From Myxococcota bacterium (GTDB taxonomy: Bacteria; Myxococcota_A; UBA9160; PR03): 15,980 bases of DNA. The stretch covers positions 1-15,980 of the forward strand of contig JBFIML010000062.1 of assembly GCA_041611735.1 (NCBI GenBank), given 5' to 3'. This document shows, piece by piece, positions 8,885 through 15,980 of the stretch (position 1 is the first letter of the stretch; each line of letters begins with the position of its first letter). The translations under genes and the position numbers were made by a program. The notes beneath the pieces were generated by a model. The model had not been told where the DNA came from, ran no database searches, and saw only the letters and a list, made by a program, of their open reading frames with translations.

Positions 8885-9549
8885 ACAAGCCGCGCGAGGT
8901 GCTGCTGGACCCCCTGATCGACAACAATCCGATCGGGCTCCAGGTGCTGGGCATCTGCTCGGCGCTGGCGGTCACCACCAAGCTCGAGACCGCGGTGGTG
9001 ATGAGCGTGGCGGTCCTCTTCGTGCTCACCAGCTCGACGGTCGTCGTGAGCCTGCTGCGCGGGCTCATCCCCTCGAGCGTCCGGATCATCACGCAGCTCA
9101 CCATCATCGCCTCGATGGTGATGATCACGGATGAGGTGCTGAAGGCCTACCTCTACGAGATCAGCCTTCAGCTCTCGGTCTTCGTGGGTCTCATCATCAC
9201 CAACTGCATCATCATGGGCCGCTGCGAGGCCTTCGCCATGCAGAACCGCCCCTGGTTGAGCTTCCTGGACGGCGTCGGCAACGCGGCCGGCTACAGCCTG
9301 GTGCTGGTCCTCGTGGCTGCCTTCCGGGAGCTCTTCGGCAGCGGCCGGCTGCTCGGCTTTCCCGTCCTGCCCACGGTCTCCGAGGGCGGGTGGTACGAGC
9401 CCAACGGTCTCATGGTCCTGGCGCCCGCGGCCTTCATCCTGATCGGATGCTTCATCTGGGTGGTTCGAAGCCTCAACCCCGAGCAAGTCGAGGAGGAGCT
9501 GCATGTTGGAGCACTACCTGAGCCTGGCTACGAAGGCGATCTTCGTTGA
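8881..9549 (+). CDS. nqrD: Na+-NQR subunit D
   Basis: ATG 8881 overlaps the nqrC stop (ATGA). [66 protein letters not shown]. Confidence 0.96.
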   Translation: MNKPREVLLDPLIDNNPIGLQVLGICSALAVTTKLETAVVMSVAVLFVLTSSTVVVSLLRGLIPSSVRIITQLTIIASMVMITDEVLKAYLYEISLQLSVFVGLIITNCIIMGRCEAFAMQNRPWLSFLDGVGNAAGYSLVLVLVAAFRELFGSGRLLGFPVLPTVSEGGWYEPNGLMVLAPAAFILIGCFIWVVRSLNPEQVEEELHVGALPEPGYEGDLR

Positions 9550-10117
9550 GAACGTCGCCCTGGCCTTCTTCCTGGGCATGTGTTCCTTCCTGGCCGTCTC
9601 GCGTCGAGTGGAGACCGCGCTGGGGCTGGGTGTGGCGGTGGTCTTCGTGCTGGGCCTGACCACGCCGCTCAACCAGCTCCTCTACCACCATCTGCTCGAG
9701 AAGGGTGCGCTCGCCTGGATTCCCGGCGGCGAGGACGTGGATCTCTCGTTCCTCACGTATCTGGTGCTGATCGGAACCATCGCCGCTGCGGTGCAGAGCG
9801 TGGAGATGGTCATCGACCGCTTCGTGCCGGCGCTCTACGGCGCCCTCGGCGTCTTCCTGCCGCTGATCGCGGTGAACTGCGCCATCCTGGGCGGCTCGCT
9901 CTTCATGGTGCGTCGCAACTACACCCTGGCAGAGGCCACGGTCTTCGGGCTCGGCTCCGGGCTGGGCTTCGCCCTGGCCATGGTGGCGCTCGCGGCGGTG
10001 CGCGAGCGCCTGCGCTACAGCGACGTGCCGCCGGCGCTGCGGGGCCTCGGCATCACCTTCATCACCGTGGGTTTGATGGCCATCGGCTTCATGTCGTTCT
10101 CGGGGATCCAGCTGTGA
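9503..10117 (+). CDS. nqrE: Na+-NQR subunit E
   Basis: MLEHYLSL...[75 protein letters not shown]. Confidence 0.97.
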   Translation: MLEHYLSLATKAIFVENVALAFFLGMCSFLAVSRRVETALGLGVAVVFVLGLTTPLNQLLYHHLLEKGALAWIPGGEDVDLSFLTYLVLIGTIAAAVQSVEMVIDRFVPALYGALGVFLPLIAVNCAILGGSLFMVRRNYTLAEATVFGLGSGLGFALAMVALAAVRERLRYSDVPPALRGLGITFITVGLMAIGFMSFSGIQL

Positions 10118-10154
10118 GCGAAGCGCCCGGAGACTGGCGGCGGGCGGCCGCCGC

Positions 10155-11381
10155 GTGACGACCATCCTTTTCGGCGTGGTGGGATTTACCGTCACCATCG
10201 TGGTGCTGACGGCGCTGCTGCTCCTGGTGAAGAGGAGGCTCTTGCCGGGCGGCAAGGTGAGGATCGGCATCAACGCCGATCCGAAGAACACGCTGGAGGT
10301 GGACTCCGGCGGGACGCTCCTCGCCACCCTGGGCGCCAGGGGGATCTTCCTGTCCTCGGCCTGCGGCGGAAAGGGGACCTGCGGCGTGTGCCGTTGCCAG
10401 GTGCAATCGGGCGGCGGGGCGCTGCTGCCCACGGAGGTCTCGCACATCACGCCCCGGGAGGCGCGCGCCGGCGTGCGCCTGGCCTGCCAGCTCAAGGTGA
10501 AGGAGGACCTGGAGATCCTGCTTCCGCCCGAGGTGTTCGAGGTGCGCCGCTGGACCTGCAAGGTGCGATCGAACCGCAGCGTGGCGACCTTCATCAAGGA
10601 GCTGATCCTCGAGCTGCCGCAAGGCGAGCAGGTGCCGTTCCGGGCCGGCGGCTACGTGCAGGTCGAGTGCCCGCCGCACGCGGTCCGCTATCGCGACTTC
10701 GAGATCGACGCCGGGTTCCGCGCGGACTGGGACCGCCTCGATCTGTGGCGCTACGAGTCGAAGGTGGAGGAGCCCGTGAGTCGCGCCTACTCGATGGCGA
10801 ACTACCCGGACGAGAAGGGCATCCTCATGCTGAACGTCCGCATCGCGTCGCCGCCGCCCGGGCGGCCGGACCTCCCACCGGGCCAGATGTCCTCGTGGCT
10901 CTTCGCGCTCGCGCCGGGCGACCCGGTGGTGATCTCGGGCCCCTACGGCGAGTTCTTCGCCCGGGAGACGGACCGCGAGATGTGCTTCGTGGGAGGGGGC
11001 GCCGGCATGGCTCCCATGCGCTCGCACATCCTCGACCAGTTCCGGCGCCTGCATACGACGCGAAAGGTGACCTTCTGGTATGGAGCCCGGTCGCTGCGGG
11101 AGGCCTTCTACGTGGAGGACTTCGATGCGATCGCGCGCGAGAACCAGAACTTCGAGTGGCACCTGGCGCTCTCCGAGCCGCTCCCGGAGGACCGCTGGGC
11201 GGGCCACAAGGGCTTCATCCACCAGGTCCTGCACGACAACTACCTGAAGGACCATCCGGCTCCTGAGGACGTGGAGTACTACCTGTGTGGGCCGCCGCTC
11301 ATGATCGAGGCCTGCAAGAGGATGCTGGACGAGCTCGGCGTCGATCCGGGGGACATCCTGTTCGATGACTTCGGGGGCTAG
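10155..11381 (+). CDS. nqrF: Na+-NQR subunit F
   Basis: N-terminal TM helix; 2Fe-2S ligands [12 protein letters not shown] and [44 protein letters not shown] end. Confidence 0.97.
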   Translation: MTTILFGVVGFTVTIVVLTALLLLVKRRLLPGGKVRIGINADPKNTLEVDSGGTLLATLGARGIFLSSACGGKGTCGVCRCQVQSGGGALLPTEVSHITPREARAGVRLACQLKVKEDLEILLPPEVFEVRRWTCKVRSNRSVATFIKELILELPQGEQVPFRAGGYVQVECPPHAVRYRDFEIDAGFRADWDRLDLWRYESKVEEPVSRAYSMANYPDEKGILMLNVRIASPPPGRPDLPPGQMSSWLFALAPGDPVVISGPYGEFFARETDREMCFVGGGAGMAPMRSHILDQFRRLHTTRKVTFWYGARSLREAFYVEDFDAIARENQNFEWHLALSEPLPEDRWAGHKGFIHQVLHDNYLKDHPAPEDVEYYLCGPPLMIEACKRMLDELGVDPGDILFDDFGG

Positions 11382-12480
11382 CGGCCGCCCGGAGATCCTG
11401 ACCCGCCGCGGCCGGCTGCTGCTGCCGGTCTTCCTGCTGGTGCTGATCGTGCTGGCGGTGCGCCAGCTCTGGTGCCTGGCGCCGGGACGGGTCGTGCTCT
11501 CGGGTCCCAGCATGGGAACCACCTGGTCGGTGACGCTGGCCGCCCGCGGTCGCGCGCGGGGCGAGCTCGTGGAGGCTCGCGCGGCCATCGAGGAGCGCTT
11601 GGGGCGCGTGAACGGCCTGATGTCCACCTGGGACCCGGATTCGGAGCTGAGCCGCTTCAATCGCCACGCCTCCAGCGAGCCCTTTCCGATCTCGGCCGAG
11701 ACGCTCGAGGTGCTCGGCGTTGCGCGGGAGGTGAGCGAGAAGACCGGCGGTGCCTTCGACGTGACGGTGCGGCCCCTGGTGGCGGCCTGGGGCTTCGGCG
11801 CCGGCGCCCGGGCGCCGGGCCAGGGGCCGGATGCCAGCGAGCTGGAGCGGCTGCGCCAACGCGTCGGTTTCCGGCGGCTCGAGCTCGATCCCGTGGCGGG
11901 CACCGCGCGCAAGCTGCACGCCGACCTCGAGTGCGACCTCTCCGCCATCGCCAAGGGCTACGCCGTGGACGCGGTGGCGCGCGCTCTGGAAGAGCTGGGC
12001 TGGGCCGACTTCCTGGTGGAGGTGGGGGGCGAGCTCCGTGCCCGGGGCCGGCGCCCCGAAGGCGGAGCCTGGCGCGTGGGCATCGAGCGGCCCGCGGAGG
12101 ATCGCCGCGGGGCGCAACTCGTGGTCACACTCGCCGACCTCTCCATGGCCACCTCCGGCGACTATCGCAGCGAGTACGAGGAGGGAGGGGAGCGAGTCAC
12201 GCACCTCATCGACGCGCGCAGCGGACGCCCGGTGGCGAACCGCCTGGCCTCGGTGACCGTGGTGCATCGCCAGGCGGTAGTCGCCGACGCCTGGGCCACG
12301 GCGCTCTCGGTCCTGGGGCCCGAGGCGGGCTTCGCGCGCGCCGAGGCGGAGGGCCTCGGCGCCCTCTTCCTCCTGCGCGACGCGGCGGGCTCCTTCTCGG
12401 TGCGGTCCACGCCGGCCTTCCCGCCGTTCTACGAGCCGGTGGCCGGGGCGCCGCGCGACGGCGTCCCGCCGGAGCCCTAG
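11365..12480 (+). CDS. apbE: FAD:protein FMN transferase
   Basis: [67 protein letters not shown]-terminal hydrophobic anchor; canonical position after nqrF. Confidence 0.96.
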   Translation: MTSGASGRPEILTRRGRLLLPVFLLVLIVLAVRQLWCLAPGRVVLSGPSMGTTWSVTLAARGRARGELVEARAAIEERLGRVNGLMSTWDPDSELSRFNRHASSEPFPISAETLEVLGVAREVSEKTGGAFDVTVRPLVAAWGFGAGARAPGQGPDASELERLRQRVGFRRLELDPVAGTARKLHADLECDLSAIAKGYAVDAVARALEELGWADFLVEVGGELRARGRRPEGGAWRVGIERPAEDRRGAQLVVTLADLSMATSGDYRSEYEEGGERVTHLIDARSGRPVANRLASVTVVHRQAVVADAWATALSVLGPEAGFARAEAEGLGALFLLRDAAGSFSVRSTPAFPPFYEPVAGAPRDGVPPEP

Positions 12481-12489
12481 GATCGGCGC

Positions 12490-12705
12490 GTGGCCACCTA
12501 CCTCGCCGCCGTCGTCGTCTTCGGGGGGGCGGTGCTCGCCCTGGCGATCGGCCTGGTGGTCCAGGGCCGGCGCCTGCGCGGAAGCTGCGGGCGCACCGGG
12601 GAGAGCTGCCTCTGCAGCCCGCTGGCGGCTCGCCACTGCGCGCTGCGCCGTCAGCGAGAGGCGCAGCGCGCCACCCCACAGCCGCCCAGGGGCGTGAGTC
12701 CGTAG
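12490..12705 (+). CDS. nqrM: Na+-NQR maturation factor NqrM-like (DUF539)
   Basis: 71 aa; single TM helix ending LAIGLVV, then LRGSCG and three more Cys; directly after apbE. Confidence 0.82.
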   Translation: MATYLAAVVVFGGAVLALAIGLVVQGRRLRGSCGRTGESCLCSPLAARHCALRRQREAQRATPQPPRGVSP

Positions 12706-12812
12706 CGGGGCTCCGGGGCGAGCCTCAGGAAGCATCCGAGCCGCGGTGCAGGGGCCAGCCCCCCGCATCCTCGGCTGCCGGGCGTCTTCCGGACTCCCCG
12801 CCCGGACGGCCC

Positions 12813-13835
12813 TCAGGCCCGGTACTTCTCCAGGAACTTCGGGTTCGTCACATGACCGCGCTCGACGAACCAGTCCACGGCGCGGCGGATGGACTCCTGG
12901 ATGGGGCGAGGGTCGTAGTCGAGCTCCTTCCTCGCCTTCCCGATGTCGAAGTAGAGGTGATGGTCGGCGTAGCGCAAGGCGCCGCCGGTGAAGAGCGGCG
13001 GCTTGCGGGTGACGCTGTCGGCGCGGCGCTCCATCCAGTCAGCGATCGGAATCATGAGACGGATCGGCATCTTGCGGGCCTTGAGCGGGACGCCCGTCAC
13101 CTCGGCCACGAGCTCGAAGAACTCCTTGAAGCTGATGTTGCGGTTGCCGAGGATGTAGCACTCGCCGGTGCGGCCCTTCTCCTCCGCGAGCACGTGGCCG
13201 CGGGCGACGTCCTCCACGTCCACGACGTTGAGCCCGCCGTCGAAGTAGAACTTGTTCTTGCCGTTCACGATGTCGAGCAGGATCTGGCCGGTCGGGGTGG
13301 GCGCCACGTCGCGGGCGCCGAAGGGAAAAGTCGGGTTGCAGAAGACGATGGGCAAACCGTTGTCGACGAAGGTGCGCGCCTCGTGCTCCGAGAGCCACTT
13401 GCTGTAGACGTAGTCGTTGGCGCGTCCCATCTGGTTGAAGGGCACCGTCTCGTCGGAGGGCACGCTGCCCTCGCGCAGGCCGAGGGCGGCCACCGAGGAG
13501 GTGAAGACCACCTTCTCCACCCCCGCCGCGCGCGCGGCCCAGAGCAGCTTGAGCGAGCCGAAGCAGTTGACCTCGTACATCTTCTCGCGGCGTGGCAGCC
13601 AGACCGCGAAGACCGCCGCCAGGTGAAAGACGCGATCGACGCCTTGCATGGCGCGCGCGAGGGCGGGTGCGTCGAGGAGGTCGGCCTCGACCCGCTCCAC
13701 GTCGAGGCCGTCCAGGTTGCGTGCGTCCTCGCCGGGCAGGAGCATGGCCCGGACCTCGCGGTTGCTGGCCAGGAGCTCCCGCACTACGTGGGAGCCGATG
13801 AAGCCGGCTGCGCCTGTGACGAGCGTCTTTGCCAT
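12813..13835 (-). CDS. NAD-dependent epimerase/dehydratase (extended SDR), HpnA/dihydroflavonol-reductase-like, 340 aa
   Basis: ATG 13835 with GAGGAGG RBS; LVTGAAGFIG, FHLAA, TSSVA, catalytic YVYSK, PTPTG, NVVDVEDVARGH.LA...GR.GECYILG. Confidence 0.9.
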   Translation of the reverse strand: MAKTLVTGAAGFIGSHVVRELLASNREVRAMLLPGEDARNLDGLDVERVEADLLDAPALARAMQGVDRVFHLAAVFAVWLPRREKMYEVNCFGSLKLLWAARAAGVEKVVFTSSVAALGLREGSVPSDETVPFNQMGRANDYVYSKWLSEHEARTFVDNGLPIVFCNPTFPFGARDVAPTPTGQILLDIVNGKNKFYFDGGLNVVDVEDVARGHVLAEEKGRTGECYILGNRNISFKEFFELVAEVTGVPLKARKMPIRLMIPIADWMERRADSVTRKPPLFTGGALRYADHHLYFDIGKARKELDYDPRPIQESIRRAVDWFVERGHVTNPKFLEKYRA

Positions 13836-13860
13836 GCGGAGTCCTCCTCGTGGTCCCACA

Positions 13861-13869
13861 ATCGTACCA
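13861..13869 (-). promoter_or_regulatory. Candidate extended -10 promoter for the SDR gene
   Basis: The - strand reads TGg-TACGAT about 25 nt upstream of ATG 13835; no -35 match. Confidence 0.35.
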
Positions 13870-14149
13870 CCGCTGTCTCCTCGCCCTTCTTCTCGCCCCA
13901 AGCGGCTGGCCGGCCCAATCGATCGCGCGCTCGGGGGCTTCCCGGCCATCCTGGAGCTTCTACTCGAAGTTTCCGTCTGGGGCGAGGTGCGGAGAGAGGG
14001 CTGGAGCCCCCAAGGGGAGGCCCGCCGGTGGGGTCGAACGGCACCCCCCCGAACAGGGGGCTTCCCCTCCTGGCGCCTTCGTGACATAAGCGTGTCGCTG
14101 GCGAGCCAGTGGACCGTGCGTGGGATGCCTTCGCCAGGGAGGTAGGTCC

Positions 14150-15631
14150 ATGTCCGGGACCGGACGTCTGCTGGGTGTGCCCTTCCTGCTCCTCGTCGCC
14201 GCGACAGCGCATGCAGACGTCGTGTGTGTCAAGACCGTCGGCAATGAACGCCCGGTCACCGTGCGCGCAGCCAGCGCCTGCAAGATGAACGAGCGGCTGC
14301 TTGGATCCTTCGCGGCGTTCCGGATGCTGCTCGCTGCGAGCTCCATTGCCGACGATGGTGCGACGTTGCAGCTCACCGGAAACGTCCGAATCGCGAGTCC
14401 GGTGGCCGGCGATCCGGGCTTCGGGCAGGCAAGGGCCGAAGCCAGCGCCAGCCCGGCCGCACCCCCGCTCGGGGAGACCGTGCGCTACTGCCAGGGGGGA
14501 GGCTTCCCTGGTGAGGTCGGCGGGCAGTTCGCCTGCGCCACGAACGCAGACTGCACGGGCATCTGCGTGGCGGGTGAGGATTCGGTACTCGGGGGCCAGG
14601 GGGGGCACACCTGTACCGCCAACTTCCAGTGCAACACCCGCCTCCAGAACGACGGCGTCTGCTCGACCGGCGCCGGCTGCCAGGAGTTTGCCCTGCTCTC
14701 CGTCGTCGGACCCGATGTCTTCTTCACGGGTTTCAACGTACACGTGGCGATCGGAACCCGGGCGCGGCTTGATCCTCCGATCAACGGTCGCGGCAATCTC
14801 CTGCTCGGGTACAACGCGGGCAGCCAGGACCGTGGTGGCTCCCACAACCTGATCGTGGGTGACCAGCACAGTTACATCAGTTTCAACGGCCTCGCGGGAG
14901 GTCGCGGCGGCACCCTCAGTGGTCCCGACGCGACAATCAGCGCTGGTGCCTCGAACACTGCGAGTGCCACCGCCGCCTCGGTCAGCGGAGGGCAGAGCAA
15001 TCGCGTGACGCATGACTTCGCTTCGGTGAGCGCGGGACATCGAAACCTTGCGAGCAATGTCTACGCGTCCGTCAGTGGCGGGGAAGACAACATCGCCCAG
15101 GGCGCTGCAGCGTCCGTGAGCGGTGGCAACCACAACCACGCCACGGGTCCTGGCGCCGCGATCTGCGGCGGTCAGTTCAACACGGCCAGTGGCTTCCGTG
15201 CCAGCGTGAGTGGTGGCGAAGCGAACCTCGCCAGCGGCACGTTTGCGTCCGTGAGCGGCGGGGTGGGCAATGTGGCGGGACCCGGTTTCCTGCCATTGCC
15301 AGTAGTCAGCTCGGACTTTGCGCCTTCGATCAGCGGCGGACAGCACAACCAGGCCAACGGTACCACCGCCTCGGTCAGCGGGGGAGCCAGCAACATCGCC
15401 GGGCCCGGACGCGCCCCTTCGGTCAGCGGCGGGTTCGCCAACATCGCAAGCGGCCGGTCCGCCAGCGTCAGTGCGGGAGTCGGGAACATGGCCAGCGGCA
15501 GTGGCACCTCGACCACTGGAGGCTCCTTCAATCAGGCAACAGGAGAATCTGCGTCCGTCAGTGGTGGTAGCCGAGTGCTCTCGACGGGGGCCTTCGACTG
15601 GAGAGCTGGCCGCCTCTTCGAAGAAGATTGA
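14150..15631 (+). CDS. Secreted protein, 493 aa, with a Cys-rich module and C-terminal 15-aa SVSGG repeats (predicted beta-solenoid, adhesin/fibre-like)
   Basis: ATG 14150 after GGGAGGT; signal peptide ending AHA-D; 8-Cys Gly-rich module; NGRGNLLLGYN...GSHNLIVGD cap; repeat array. Confidence 0.85.
   Translation: MSGTGRLLGVPFLLLVAATAHADVVCVKTVGNERPVTVRAASACKMNERLLGSFAAFRMLLAASSIADDGATLQLTGNVRIASPVAGDPGFGQARAEASASPAAPPLGETVRYCQGGGFPGEVGGQFACATNADCTGICVAGEDSVLGGQGGHTCTANFQCNTRLQNDGVCSTGAGCQEFALLSVVGPDVFFTGFNVHVAIGTRARLDPPINGRGNLLLGYNAGSQDRGGSHNLIVGDQHSYISFNGLAGGRGGTLSGPDATISAGASNTASATAASVSGGQSNRVTHDFASVSAGHRNLASNVYASVSGGEDNIAQGAAASVSGGNHNHATGPGAAICGGQFNTASGFRASVSGGEANLASGTFASVSGGVGNVAGPGFLPLPVVSSDFAPSISGGQHNQANGTTASVSGGASNIAGPGRAPSVSGGFANIASGRSASVSAGVGNMASGSGTSTTGGSFNQATGESASVSGGSRVLSTGAFDWRAGRLFEED
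14948..15568 (+). repeat. 13 tandem coding repeats, consensus xxNxAxGxxASVSGG
   Basis: Units run from ASNTASATAASVSGG to SFNQATGESASVSGG with invariant Asn at position 3; unit 8 has an 11-aa insert and unit 10 a 1-aa insert; the DNA copies are diverged. Confidence 0.9.
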
Positions 15632-15678
15632 TTCAGCTGGTGAAAGTCATCTCTTGCCGCAGAATGGAGGATCGGGCC

Positions 15679-15980
15679 GTGTCCGGCAGCAAGCTAGCCC
15701 CGGTTGTGTCCTTCCTGCTCTTGCTCGCTCCTGTCGCGCATGCAGACGTGGTGTGCGTCAAGACCGTGGGCAACGAACGTCCACTGAACATCCGCGCAGG
15801 CAACGGATGCAAGGTGAACGAGACGATGCTCGGGTCCTTCGACGCGTTCCAGAAGCTGCTGGCGGCGAGCTTCGCTGCCGACGATGGCGCCACCTTGCAG
15901 TTCACCGGGAATCTCCAGATCGCAAGCCCGGTAGGCAATGACTCGAGTCCGGCGCAGGCTCCGCGGGTGCGGAGTGCCAG
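15679..15980 (+). CDS. Paralogue of the 14150 protein, 5' part only (runs off the window)
   Basis: GGAGG RBS, then GTG 15679: MSGSKLAPVVSFLLLLAPVAHA-DVVCVKTVGNERPLNIRAGNGCKVNETMLGSFDAFQKLLAASFAADDGATLQFTGNLQIASPV. By hand, 46 of the first 63 mature residues are identical to the upstream protein. Not in the ORF track. Confidence 0.9.
   Translation, partial: MSGSKLAPVVSFLLLLAPVAHADVVCVKTVGNERPLNIRAGNGCKVNETMLGSFDAFQKLLAASFAADDGATLQFTGNLQIASPVGNDSSPAQAPRVRSA

Noticed and set aside
6892..10117. Rnf complex as an alternative identity
   Set aside because: NqrA, NqrF, NqrM and the gene order are diagnostic of Na+-NQR; no RnfB or RnfC ferredoxin motifs.
5350..12768. Long - strand ORFs (391, 533, 496, 374, 621 and 489 aa)
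   Set aside because: Antisense to nqr/apbE; expected from stop-codon scarcity at high GC.
12706..12812. Hairpins between convergent nqrM and the SDR gene as an intrinsic terminator
   Set aside because: Stems exist (e.g. CCGGGCG/CGCCCGG) but there is no U-tract on either strand.
11472..14084. 870-aa + strand ORF
   Set aside because: Shadow ORF: off-frame over apbE and nqrM, then antisense to the SDR gene; no motifs.
13784..15346. 520-aa - strand ORF
   Set aside because: Antisense to the repeat-protein gene, which has an RBS, a signal peptide and a paralogue.
14948..15568. 45-nt periodicity as a CRISPR array or DGR
   Set aside because: Repeats are conserved at protein level with synonymous variation; no cas or reverse-transcriptase gene and no adenine-specific variation.

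Overview
Very GC-rich bacterial DNA, probably from a Myxococcota/Binatota-like deltaproteobacterium (inferred from gene content). The centre (5505-12705, +) is a complete Na+-translocating NADH:quinone oxidoreductase operon with its maturation genes, nqrABCDEF-apbE-nqrM. Divergent from it on the - strand are two stand-alone CBS-pair proteins, a small Zn-ribbon + Tudor-like protein, an RhlE-type DEAD-box helicase with a long structured leader, and a class II cytochrome c with a clear sigma-54 promoter. The left 1.4 kb holds two decayed genes that the ORF track does not resolve: a secreted HAF-repeat protein and a relic of a DUF222-like/HNH element, separated by three hairpins. On the right are an HpnA-like extended SDR (-), a structured intergenic region, a secreted Cys-rich protein with 15-aa beta-solenoid repeats, and the start of a tandem paralogue missing from the ORF track. 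I see no unambiguous new system. The best candidates are the helicase leader, the Zn-ribbon/Tudor protein, the HNH relic with its hairpins and the repeat-protein pair. Family calls come from motif recognition only; no searches were run.
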